A DNA stretch of 64,000 nucleotides from assembly GCA_964350315.1 (NCBI GenBank), contig CAYGJD010000002.1:24157-88156 (forward strand), in the 5' to 3' direction. This DNA comes from an uncultured bacterium (GTDB taxonomy: Bacteria > Chlamydiota > Chlamydiia > Chlamydiales > 2-12-FULL-49-11). Each line of letters opens with the position of its first letter. Position 1 is the stretch's first letter. The translations under genes were made by a program, and so were the position numbers. Of this stretch, positions 27,918-36,904 are shown in pieces. The notes beneath the pieces were generated by a model that saw only the letters and a list, made by a program, of their open reading frames with translations, was not told the DNA's origin and ran no database searches.

Positions 27918-30731
27918 TCACTCTTGATGAGTGTCAGGCTTAATCGTATATGACATTAAGTGTCTATTCTCAGAAAATGCTGCTTTAGCATACCCTTCGA
28001 TTCTTTCCTTTGTCACTTGTCTCTCTATTTTACTTACATAGTCGACTAGATTATGAACATCGACATCATACATGTTTGATGCCTGATGAGCTCTTAGAAG
28101 GCCTACATTTGAAAGATATGAGACCCTTTCTCTCTCAAGTAGGATTTCTTTTGCTGTTGCGATCTCATCATCTGTAACTCCTTTTTTCAGGAAGTTGTCC
28201 AGCACTTCACGTGCAAAACTTTTCATGTTATCAGCCTTTTCTGGCTCACAGGAGAAATTAATAGAGATCATCATTTCATCAAGATTTGGCGCATAGGGAA
28301 AGTTAGACGATAAACGAACGCTATATGTATCCCCCATTTCTTTTCTTAATTTTTCTAACAATCTATGGCTAACAATATGATCGAATGCTGCGTATGTCAT
28401 TGACATATCAAGCTTATGATCATAAGTAAATTCACCACCATAAAACATATAATTCATGCAATGTGACTCTGCACCACGAAAAACTGTAATGTCATCTGAT
28501 TTTTCATGAGAAATATTTTCAGGAAAAGCCGCAACCACATCTGCTTTTTCTGCCTCTTGAGAAGAGAACAGCTCTACAATTTGTGTAATAACATCATCAA
28601 CTGCAAAGTCACCTATCACAAGCAAAGTAAATTGTGACGGATCAGAAAACAATTGATTCAGAATAGCTACAGCATTTTCTTCTTTAGCTTCCCAAGGCTT
28701 ATACTGCCTATACATTGGGTGGTTTTTATAATAGTGATTCGACACAAAAACAGAAAAATAGTAGTAAGGACTATTTTCTAAGTTTTTATACAGCTCTGTG
28801 TGTCTATCAATAATACCATTCCAAACATTCTCATCTCTTAGCCTTTCTGTAAATCCAGCTGCTGAAAGATTAAGCATCATTTCAAGTTTGTCATTTGTGC
28901 CAGAAAAAGTGAAGTAACGCTCATTTAGCCCTATTCCAAAATAAGCAGAAATGTTCATCTTTTTTAAGAAGCTATCAAATTGAGTGCCACAAAGGTTTCC
29001 AATGCCACTTTCAACGAGATATTCTGCAGCAAAACTCGTGCTAGGAAAAAAATCTTCTGCTAAAAGGGTTTTTCCACCTTCAGCAAAAAACTGAAGAGTC
29101 ACCTGTTTTTTTTCTAGTTCTGATGGTTGTAAAACAACTTTCATCCCATTATTTAGAGTGATTTTTGTAAAACCAAGTTCTTCATCAAAAACCTTTGCAT
29201 ATTGCAAATCTTCTACAAAGCTCTTCTTATTGAGTTCAAAGTCTTCAATAATCATTTCTTCTTTATCAACCACTTCTTCTTTCATCCAAGATTCAATCGC
29301 TGATTCAATAGATGCTTTATCTATAAAGCTATGATCTGCTACTTGAAAAACAATGTGCTTGAAAGGTTCAAAGTTATTCTCGTTGAGCCAATCTAACATT
29401 TCTTCTTTTGTCAGTTCGTCATAGACTCCTAGCTTGAAATTTAGGTAGTCTTCTTCAAGATAGATAGCTGATTTTGCAGCAAAATGATCGGAAAGTTGAT
29501 TTGCAAGCGCTGCATGAGTGATGCGATGCGTGTTTGCAAGCTTGTTCTCTGCCTCCACTTTTAAAGAATTTAACACGTCAACAAACTCATGTTTTGATGG
29601 ACCAAATGTAAACAGACGAACCATTTCACGTATGATAGACGTCATACCTTCGTACGGTCTATCTTCATAAGGAATAAAACCAAGCCCACGAATTCCAAGA
29701 CGATCAATATCAAAGTTCATCGGGAAATGTGCTGTAAAAGGAGCAGGATGTGTTTTAGCCATTTTATTTAATCTTTGCTCGAAAACTCTTTCAAAGACCT
29801 CTTCAAATATATCCTTTTTTGTTCCCTTTAAAGTAAGCTCTTTTGTCTTTCCTTCTTTCTCTTTGTCGTTATCAATCAATGACCACAACATTCCAATATT
29901 AAACATTTGCTCATCATCTTGAAACACTTCGAATTGAGAGTCCTCTGAAAGATTTAATGAAGTATCTGGTTCAACAAGTTCTTCAGTTGGTTTTTCCATA
30001 GAAGAAAAATATTTAACAATCATAGCCTCAACTTCATCTTCATCAAAATCACCCACAGCTACAACTGCCATTCGATCTGCACGATACCATTTTTTATAGA
30101 AATCGCGAATCACTTGAGGATCACATCCTAGGATGATGTCTTTAAGACCAATCGGCCAGCGAATATTGTAACGAGAGTCTGAAAGAAATGTATCAAAGAT
30201 CTTTTTGAACTGTCTTGTGCTTGACTGCTTCATATTGATGTTATATTCATCAGCAACAACAGGACGCTCTTTTTCTACCAACTCATCTTTAATTGAAGCC
30301 TTACTTGCCCATTCAGAACAGATATGTATTGCCTTATCAAGAACTCCTTCTTTTTCAAGGGGAAGTTCTAACATATAGACAGTGCGGTCAAAAGAGGTGT
30401 AAGCATTCGTATCAGGACCAAATTGAGCGCCAATAGACTCTAAGAAGTTAATCACTTCCCAATCTTCAAAATTTTCACTTCCTCTAAAAAGCATGTGCTC
30501 TAAAAAATGAGCAAGTCCTCGTTGGTTCTCTTCCTCATGCAAAGATCCTGCCTTAACAAAAAGCCTGACAGAAGCCCGATTCTCTGGAAAACTGTTTTTT
30601 TTCACATAATACGTCAATCCATTCGGTAATGTATTATGCTTATATGATGTGTTCGGCAATGGGACGTCTACGGCAAAAAGGGCGCTAAAAAGAATGCACC
30701 CAACCATTAGACAAGTTGATTTAATCTTCAT
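27918..30731 (-). CDS. M16 (insulinase/pitrilysin) family zinc peptidase, double-unit, secreted
   Basis: About 937 aa. Inverted zinc motif HFLEHMLF followed by GS..F. Signal peptide. ATG placed after GGAGG. Confidence 0.85.
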   Translation of the reverse strand: MKIKSTCLMVGCILFSALFAVDVPLPNTSYKHNTLPNGLTYYVKKNSFPENRASVRLFVKAGSLHEEENQRGLAHFLEHMLFRGSENFEDWEVINFLESIGAQFGPDTNAYTSFDRTVYMLELPLEKEGVLDKAIHICSEWASKASIKDELVEKERPVVADEYNINMKQSSTRQFKKIFDTFLSDSRYNIRWPIGLKDIILGCDPQVIRDFYKKWYRADRMAVVAVGDFDEDEVEAMIVKYFSSMEKPTEELVEPDTSLNLSEDSQFEVFQDDEQMFNIGMLWSLIDNDKEKEGKTKELTLKGTKKDIFEEVFERVFEQRLNKMAKTHPAPFTAHFPMNFDIDRLGIRGLGFIPYEDRPYEGMTSIIREMVRLFTFGPSKHEFVDVLNSLKVEAENKLANTHRITHAALANQLSDHFAAKSAIYLEEDYLNFKLGVYDELTKEEMLDWLNENNFEPFKHIVFQVADHSFIDKASIESAIESWMKEEVVDKEEMIIEDFELNKKSFVEDLQYAKVFDEELGFTKITLNNGMKVVLQPSELEKKQVTLQFFAEGGKTLLAEDFFPSTSFAAEYLVESGIGNLCGTQFDSFLKKMNISAYFGIGLNERYFTFSGTNDKLEMMLNLSAAGFTERLRDENVWNGIIDRHTELYKNLENSPYYYFSVFVSNHYYKNHPMYRQYKPWEAKEENAVAILNQLFSDPSQFTLLVIGDFAVDDVITQIVELFSSQEAEKADVVAAFPENISHEKSDDITVFRGAESHCMNYMFYGGEFTYDHKLDMSMTYAAFDHIVSHRLLEKLRKEMGDTYSVRLSSNFPYAPNLDEMMISINFSCEPEKADNMKSFAREVLDNFLKKGVTDDEIATAKEILLERERVSYLSNVGLLRAHQASNMYDVDVHNLVDYVSKIERQVTKERIEGYAKAAFSENRHLMSYTIKPDTHQE

Positions 30732-30832
30732 CAATCCTCCAAATAATTGAAATGTTTGGAGCTATGTTATAACTCTCTGAAAAACAATTCAATAGATTAA
30801 AGGTTTGATAACACCCATACAGGACGTCTTGT

Positions 30833-31360
30833 TTAGTCAAGAATTGGCAATTTACTATTTGTTTGTTTGTTACGAACTTCTGCTTTATATCCACACCCTT
30901 TCAGTGCTTGAGGCTTTCCAAAGATTTCAATCCTTGGCCATGTCCTACAGATTGTCGGCCTGATAAAATACCTAGAACAGCGTCCATCCTTTTTAAGATA
31001 GCGGCATCCCATCAAATGAAATGACTTTCCATCAATTTTATGCGCCTCTTTTGTTCTGGGGAAGAATCCATTTATTTGAGTGTGCCAAAAGAGGTCTAGC
31101 TTGCCAAAAATGCCTTTTGTTTTACGTATCAGAATAAAATAACAACAGTTTCCCCTCTTCTTACAGCTCCCTACCTTCTTGAATGGAGGTCGAATGATGA
31201 AGCGGGCAATCCTTTGTGCCGCTAAATCAAGGAGAACCATGGGAAGAATCAAGAGTCGAATAGGAACACTAATAAATTCTGGAAACCATTTTTTGGGGAT
31301 TTTTTGTTTTGGAGGCTGCTTTAATTCGCCGGCATGGGCAACTAGATCTTCAATATTCAT
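30833..31360 (-). CDS. YkgJ-family cysteine-cluster protein
   Basis: CKKRGNCC ... GCRYLKKDGRCSRYFIRPTICRTWP matches the recalled CxxCxxCC / zinc- or iron-chelating domain pattern. Confidence 0.6.
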   Translation of the reverse strand: MNIEDLVAHAGELKQPPKQKIPKKWFPEFISVPIRLLILPMVLLDLAAQRIARFIIRPPFKKVGSCKKRGNCCYFILIRKTKGIFGKLDLFWHTQINGFFPRTKEAHKIDGKSFHLMGCRYLKKDGRCSRYFIRPTICRTWPRIEIFGKPQALKGCGYKAEVRNKQTNSKLPILD

Positions 31361-32007
31361 GCCATCAGTTTATACCACTTCCTGGCCGAATTACAAAAGA
31401 GGTTTTCTTTGTCCGATGGGGAAAAATCATCAATCATCTTAGAAAAACTAAGAAATTGCTCCTTACTTCCCATTCCGAACATCACCTTCTCTGGCCCAAA
31501 TAAATCAATTGCTTCTAAGATAAACTTTCTTGATGCTTCATATTCTAAAGTTGATCCTAGGATCTTTAAAGCGACATTGTCTTGTTTTGAAAGATCTTTA
31601 ATCGATAGGTCTTTATTGGACAAACCTTCTGAAGCTAAAATATAGTTCATCTCTGGATTTTTCTCTGTTATCTGTTGAAAATCAAAATACTGATCGTCTT
31701 TGATCTCCACTTCGCAGGAATATCCAGCTTTTTTAACCAACTGCATCCCATTTTCCCAAACAGAGTCTATTTCTGGATGTTGATGCCTAAATACATGAAT
31801 TTTTGAAAAACCAATCACTGATTTAAGAATTGATTTTAGGGATGACTTATTGAATTCAGCAGCTCCTACGACGCCTAAGATCGAATCATCGTTAAGCAAA
31901 GCAAGAGATCGGGCTTCTCCAACGTTTTGAGAGACCGCAATGACACCATCTAAATGATCTTTTGGGGATCCCTGAATATAATGGGCATCTATAAATGAAA
32001 AGCTCAT
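31357..32007 (-). CDS. Short amidohydrolase-fold (Amidohydro_2-like) protein
   Basis: Begins FIDAHYI and ends with LFCNSARKWYKL, like TIM-barrel metal hydrolases. It is only 216 aa and lacks the HxH pair. Confidence 0.35.
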   Translation of the reverse strand: MSFSFIDAHYIQGSPKDHLDGVIAVSQNVGEARSLALLNDDSILGVVGAAEFNKSSLKSILKSVIGFSKIHVFRHQHPEIDSVWENGMQLVKKAGYSCEVEIKDDQYFDFQQITEKNPEMNYILASEGLSNKDLSIKDLSKQDNVALKILGSTLEYEASRKFILEAIDLFGPEKVMFGMGSKEQFLSFSKMIDDFSPSDKENLFCNSARKWYKLMA

Positions 32008-32032
32008 TACTTTTGGTTAACAAAGAGAGAAA

Positions 32033-32572
32033 TTAAAGACAATATTTCTCAGAAATCTTCACTTTAATTAGGGCAAATATTTCACTCCCTTTCCCGCGCA
32101 CCCCTTTTTCTTTTGCATTGTAATTTCTGTAGTGTGAGATGTTTATGCTTTTAATTTGTTGATCATCCTCACAAAGGGTGTAAAAAGGACCCTCACCTGA
32201 CAAGGGCTTTTCATCCCTTACTTCATTCATTGTCTGAGCCATACGTAAACCATCGATCAAGACCTTAAGATAATTATCTAAGTCACCCGTTGGATGTTCC
32301 TTACAACACCCTGGTTCACAGTTGGATAAAAGAGTGATATCAAGATCTATGACTTTTCTTGAAGCTTTTGTTACTAAAGGACAAAACGTAAAAGGACCAA
32401 CAACAATTCTATCCTCTGCCTTAAAATTACAGCTTTCAGGTGCACCATCTGCGATCAGATGTTCACGCAACTCTTTAAGTTGCTTAAGAAAATAACGTCT
32501 ATAGGAAAACTTCATCTTAGTGTGAGACTGCGTTGACAATCTTCCATTAAAGATTAGAGTAAATTCAAACAT
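32033..32572 (-). CDS. RusA-like endodeoxyribonuclease-fold protein
   Basis: TGDLDNYLKVLIDGL and downstream CEDDQQIKSINI parallel recalled E. coli RusA RRDLDNLQKAAFDAL...LDDAQVVDYRV. Confidence 0.45.
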   Translation of the reverse strand: MFEFTLIFNGRLSTQSHTKMKFSYRRYFLKQLKELREHLIADGAPESCNFKAEDRIVVGPFTFCPLVTKASRKVIDLDITLLSNCEPGCCKEHPTGDLDNYLKVLIDGLRMAQTMNEVRDEKPLSGEGPFYTLCEDDQQIKSINISHYRNYNAKEKGVRGKGSEIFALIKVKISEKYCL

Positions 32573-32690
32573 ATTATTTATTTTTCTTAATTATTATTAA
32601 TTACTTAAGAATATAACATAATTTGAATTTTAAATTTACAAGTGACATGTTCCCTACCGAGTGAGACATTCTACTGGTAGGGAAAGAATA

Positions 32691-33152
32691 TTATTTTTTC
32701 TCAGCGTTTATAATTTCTATATGAAATTGGGCTGGACCGCAAAAACCATCACATCTTTTTTCATAAACGATCTTGGCATCAATTGAATAGTTTTGCGCTT
32801 CAATATGAAATGCTTTTTCTCCATCATCAATAATAATTGGAAAATCTTCAAGATCATCGTCAATTATAATAGGAAAATCTTCAAGATTATCATCGTAATA
32901 TCCTTCATCTTTAAGATGTTGAATAAGAGCATTCATTTCTCTTTCTTTCTGAGCCCAAGGAGGAAGAGCTTGAACCATTTGACTTGAATTTCCAGCAGAA
33001 ATCACCGCATCAAGGTTGCCATCATCAAGAGCCTCTTGCAACATTTCCATCAAGGCTGCGGCAAACAATTGTTGTTGAGCAGTTTTGTTATCTCCTGCGA
33101 AATTAAAGATGTTTCTTTCAAAATTAATGTTTATTACTTGATTAACTGACAT
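32691..33152 (-). CDS. Acidic hypothetical protein with duplicated LEDFPIIIDD module
   Basis: 153-aa ORF. No family recognised. Confidence 0.5.
   Translation of the reverse strand: MSVNQVININFERNIFNFAGDNKTAQQQLFAAALMEMLQEALDDGNLDAVISAGNSSQMVQALPPWAQKEREMNALIQHLKDEGYYDDNLEDFPIIIDDDLEDFPIIIDDGEKAFHIEAQNYSIDAKIVYEKRCDGFCGPAQFHIEIINAEKK
32823..32888 (-). repeat. Two copies of a 33-nt in-frame tandem repeat
   Basis: The LEDFPIIIDD cores at 32823-32852 and 32856-32885 are identical in amino acids. They differ at 3 synonymous positions (cca/cct, att/ata, gat/gac). Confidence 0.9.
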
Positions 33153-33185
33153 AAAACCCTTGTATTATGGATACTGAGGATTAGA

Positions 33186-33734
33186 TTATAACAAGTCGGG
33201 GTTTTTCAAGCGATAGAGTCTTTGTTTTAATCCAAACGCCATAATTTCTTTTTCATATGTAAAGCCAAGCTTTTGGATTAAACTTTGAGAAGCAAGATTG
33301 ATGGGTAGGGTGTGAGCTATCAAATCAGGCCTCTTATGGACTTTAAACCCGATCTCTATACTCTTTTCTCCCATCTCTGCTCCATACCCCTGGCGCCAAA
33401 ATTTGGGCATAACAGCAAATCCCACCTCAACTTCTTCCCTAGCATCAATCCTCTTTTGAACTAACCCTCCTCGTCCAATGAATTCTTCTGTATCTTTAGC
33501 ATAAAACATCCATAGACCAAAGTTGTGTTCATCCCAATGATCAAGATAAGTTTGCATTCGCGTCTTAACAAATTCATCTGTCCATATTCCACCCATCGTA
33601 AGTGCCACCTGCTTATCTTTATGTAGCGCATTGAGATCTGGAAAATGAAGCTTTGTTAAACGATAGCCAATCATTCTTTTTGTTTCGATTTGATCTAGCA
33701 TTAAGACACGCCCTTGAAAAACACTTTCTTGCAT
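33186..33734 (-). CDS. GNAT-family N-acetyltransferase (RimJ/RimL-like)
   Basis: 182 aa with a GFAVMPKFWRQGYGAEMGEKSI acetyl-CoA binding-type segment. Confidence 0.75.
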   Translation of the reverse strand: MQESVFQGRVLMLDQIETKRMIGYRLTKLHFPDLNALHKDKQVALTMGGIWTDEFVKTRMQTYLDHWDEHNFGLWMFYAKDTEEFIGRGGLVQKRIDAREEVEVGFAVMPKFWRQGYGAEMGEKSIEIGFKVHKRPDLIAHTLPINLASQSLIQKLGFTYEKEIMAFGLKQRLYRLKNPDLL

Positions 33735-33810
33735 TATATGGAATAAATAATAATCCTACAAAACATATGGTATCTTACTCTATGAGAAAAACAAACAAGG
33801 CGGCTTTTTG

Positions 33811-34293
33811 ATGAATAACTTTTGTAAAGGGGCTTTTTCGCTGATTCTTTGGTATTTACCTGTCGCTCTTGTTCAGTTTATATCTGCCCATATAACAATC
33901 TCATCCCTTAACCCTTGGTACCAAACCCTTCAAAAAGGGATAGGGACGCCGCCTTCTTGGGTTTTTGGACCGACCTGGACAATCTTATACATCATGATGA
34001 CAGTCGCTGTATGGATGGTGTATCGTGCAGAAACCACGAGAGCTAAACATGCCTTTGCATATGTTTTGTTTTTCACTCAACTTTTTGCCAATAGCCTCTG
34101 GTCATTCTTGTTCTTCGGATTTCACCTGCCAGGATGGGCTCTTATTGATCTTGGTTTACTCATTCTCTTAATCCTTCTAACAACCGTCTGTTTTTTTCAT
34201 ATTCGTAAACTAGCAGGTTTTTTGTTATTGCCCTATCTTCTTTGGAGTGCATACGCATTCTACCTCAATGCTGCTATTTGGTGGTTAAATTAG
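33811..34293 (+). CDS. tspO: TspO/MBR tryptophan-rich sensory protein
   Basis: Five TM segments and Trp-rich motifs (WYQTLQKGIGTPPSWVFGPTWTILY ... LWSAYAFYLN). Confidence 0.85.
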   Translation: MNNFCKGAFSLILWYLPVALVQFISAHITISSLNPWYQTLQKGIGTPPSWVFGPTWTILYIMMTVAVWMVYRAETTRAKHAFAYVLFFTQLFANSLWSFLFFGFHLPGWALIDLGLLILLILLTTVCFFHIRKLAGFLLLPYLLWSAYAFYLNAAIWWLN

Positions 34294-34309
34294 TGCATCT
34301 TTAATGATA

Positions 34310-34969
34310 CTAAGCCAGAGCAAAAATGGTGCTAAAGAGCAATCCATTATATGTGACATGCGCCGCTGTTGATGCCGCGCGATTTTCTGTACAAACTCTT
34401 AGAGTAGAGAAGGCAGCACCAAGCAAAAAAATCTCAATTAGGAGAATGATGCTTACATGAGGTAGAAGTGCTGGAATATGATAAAGAGCAAACAAGAAAG
34501 CGTTACCTAAAACTTGAATCGCTTTCTTACATTCAGATCCAACATGATCATTTAAAAAATCATGCACTACTCCCCGAAAGATAAACTCTTCTATGTATGG
34601 GACCACTAATGAAAAAAAGGCAAGAAAGCTTACTTTTATTACAACACTTGCCAATGTTATCGGTAGTCTGGCTATAGATAAGGCTGTTCCAACAACACCC
34701 ATGTCATTTGAAGAAATTCCTTGACCAAGAATAGATGATATTGCACCAAATTGTCCTAAGGTTATAAAGGCAAGAATCCCCACACCAACACCAAGGGCAA
34801 TATTTTCAGCATTGATATCACAATAGTCACTTATAGAAATATTTTTAAGAAAGTCGAATTCCGCTGAGCAAGCATCCCAAATCCGATCAAATATAGAAAT
34901 ATACGGCTCTTGCTTATTCACATAGCCATGATTATACTGAGAATGTGTTGAGGATTGTATGTTTTCCAT
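34310..34969 (-). CDS. CPBP-family intramembrane glutamic endopeptidase (CAAX protease-like)
   Basis: EEFIFRGVV motif 1 and FALYH motif 2 in a polytopic membrane protein. Confidence 0.75.
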   Translation of the reverse strand: MENIQSSTHSQYNHGYVNKQEPYISIFDRIWDACSAEFDFLKNISISDYCDINAENIALGVGVGILAFITLGQFGAISSILGQGISSNDMGVVGTALSIARLPITLASVVIKVSFLAFFSLVVPYIEEFIFRGVVHDFLNDHVGSECKKAIQVLGNAFLFALYHIPALLPHVSIILLIEIFLLGAAFSTLRVCTENRAASTAAHVTYNGLLFSTIFALA

Positions 34970-35053
34970 ATATAGAATAATTATAATTATGATCTAAATA
35001 TAATTAAACTAAACAATAATCTATAGATGTTTATGAAAATTTTAAATGGACAC

Positions 35054-35086
35054 AAAAAAACGCACCCAGAATAAATTGGATGCGTT
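35054..35086 (-). terminator. Rho-independent terminator closing the lipoxygenase-cyclophilin operon
   Basis: Minus-strand RNA forms a 9-bp stem aacgcaucc/gggugcguu followed by a U-run. The one G-U pair would be a C-A mismatch on the plus strand. Confidence 0.7.
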
Positions 35087-35111
35087 CAATTCAAATAATT
35101 TTTTAAATAAA

Positions 35112-35717
35112 TTAAGCAGATTTAGCAGTCAAAGCCTTCGCTGAGATGATTGAAACTTCTTCAACAGGACGATTTCCCGCTTGCGTCTTCACGTTTACAA
35201 TCTTATCAACGATCTCCATCCCTTCAACAACCTTTCCAAATACAGGGTGATTGCCGTCTAGGTGCTTGTTATCGACAACATTGATAAAGAACTGGCTTCC
35301 ACCTGTATTAGGCCCAGCATTAGCCATAGAAATCGTTCCACGCTTATTCTTGTTGATCGCATCAGCCTCTAGTGGAAATTCATCTTTGATTTTATAGCCA
35401 GGTCCACCGCGTCCACTTCCTTCTGGGTCTCCACCTTGAACCATGAAATTCGGAATCACTCTATGGAAAATAGTTTTATCATAAAATCCCTGTTTCACAA
35501 GCTTTAAAAAATTCTCTGTTGTGATAGGCATTAGGTTTGTGTATAGCTCGATCTTGACATCACCCATTGTCGTTTTAAGGACTACAGTTTGATTTTCTTT
35601 AGACATAATTTCTCCTGATTTTAAGGGCTGCGTACTAAAAACACCCAAGAAAAAAAGCAAGGCGCAAAAGCCTCTGATTTTCGTGGGATAAAATAGTTTC
35701 TTGAATTTTTTTGACAT
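35112..35717 (-). CDS. Cyclophilin-type peptidyl-prolyl cis-trans isomerase, secreted
   Basis: FHRVIPNFMVQGGDP and GTISMANAGPNTGGSQFFI motifs. Signal-like MSKKFKKLFYPTKIRGFCALLFFLGVFS. The start is uncertain, with alternatives at 35753 and 35783. Confidence 0.9.
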   Translation of the reverse strand: MSKKFKKLFYPTKIRGFCALLFFLGVFSTQPLKSGEIMSKENQTVVLKTTMGDVKIELYTNLMPITTENFLKLVKQGFYDKTIFHRVIPNFMVQGGDPEGSGRGGPGYKIKDEFPLEADAINKNKRGTISMANAGPNTGGSQFFINVVDNKHLDGNHPVFGKVVEGMEIVDKIVNVKTQAGNRPVEEVSIISAKALTAKSA

Positions 35718-35810
35718 AAACTGATTCAACCTCTTGTTAATCGATAGGTTCATGTGTTGTTTAACAGAGACATATTGACACATCGATCAAAAGAGGTGCA
35801 ACTTTTTTTA

Positions 35811-36884
35811 TCACAAAAAATGAGCATTTTCGAAGAGATTGCCTGTTACAAGATGAAAAAACTCTTCACTAAGCTCATTAATAACTCTTTTCTGCTCTGC
35901 TGTAGGAATTCTTGGTGGCGTGATAAAGCTTCTTAAAAATTCCCTACAAATCTCCTTAATCCCCTCATCCCCTATCAATGAAAAAACTTTTTGATAAAAT
36001 TCTATTTTTCCATCAGTTGACATTTCAGTTTTATAGGTCATCATCAATGATCTTAAACAACTCGGTGAAACACGATTAAGTTGGAATTCAATAAAAAAAG
36101 GCATTGTTCGTACTTTGCGCTTTCTATTTATATACATAAGAGAAGCATCGTCTACAGACGTAAATGGAGTCTTTTCCATTTCCTCTGTAACTTCTTGTTC
36201 GCGGATCTCCCTTACTGTCTCAAACGCCATTTGCATAGCTGCCTCTAGAATATCGGCTCTAAATGATTGTCGCTGGCCTGCTTCAGCTTGAATGTAGTCA
36301 AACATTCTAGAAAACAATCCATTTAGAATTTTCGTAAGAAATTGAACATCCGCGTTGAAATCTTCCTGCAAGACAGGATCAATATCCTGTGCAGGCGCTA
36401 TCTTTTCTGTGGAAATTTGCAATGAGGCCTCTCTTCGACAAATTTCTGCTTCACAAACAAGTCCATCTGAAGAAACGTGTAAAGTGTAACCAGATCCGGG
36501 TTGAATCACCTCAGGCAATTTCACTAAAATTCTTTTAGTTGTTTGTGTGAAAAATGGAAAATCTTTTATATCATCTGGATGATTTGATTGGATTAGAACA
36601 GGATTTCTTAGAGCAACTACATTTAGATAAATCTGAGTTATTTTATCACTACTAATCCCCAAAAGATCTATGATAGGACCAATGTTATGCCCACTTCCTC
36701 TAAAAGGCAATCTTACAGATTGATCTAAACTTGGTAAAGTTCGCAAACACACTTCTAAGGCAATATCATCTCCCTTAAAGCGAATTTCAACCCGCTTCAT
36801 TTTTGGAGAGTTACCACTGAAAGTTGGCCCACTCCATGAAAAATCTAAATATACTCTAGCATTTCCAGGCAACAACTCTTGCAT
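35811..36884 (-). CDS. Orphan protein, paralog B of a tandem pair (beta-rich N-terminal half, helical C-terminal half)
   Basis: 357 aa with AGGAG SD. Shares collinear blocks with the upstream 324-aa ORF: YLDFSWSGPTF/FLNFEWEGPSVW, GSGYTLHVSS/EGVYTLRVTS and KEICREF/TNICRQN. Confidence 0.65.
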   Translation of the reverse strand: MQELLPGNARVYLDFSWSGPTFSGNSPKMKRVEIRFKGDDIALEVCLRTLPSLDQSVRLPFRGSGHNIGPIIDLLGISSDKITQIYLNVVALRNPVLIQSNHPDDIKDFPFFTQTTKRILVKLPEVIQPGSGYTLHVSSDGLVCEAEICRREASLQISTEKIAPAQDIDPVLQEDFNADVQFLTKILNGLFSRMFDYIQAEAGQRQSFRADILEAAMQMAFETVREIREQEVTEEMEKTPFTSVDDASLMYINRKRKVRTMPFFIEFQLNRVSPSCLRSLMMTYKTEMSTDGKIEFYQKVFSLIGDEGIKEICREFLRSFITPPRIPTAEQKRVINELSEEFFHLVTGNLFENAHFL

Positions 36885-36904
36885 AATGAGCTCCTAAATC
36901 TCAA

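Noticed and set aside
32033-33152. Prophage or defence island around the RusA-like gene
   Set aside because: The surrounding 10 kb has no integrase, terminase, capsid, repressor, restriction, Cas or toxin-antitoxin signatures and no flanking repeats. Only the single-gene observation was kept.
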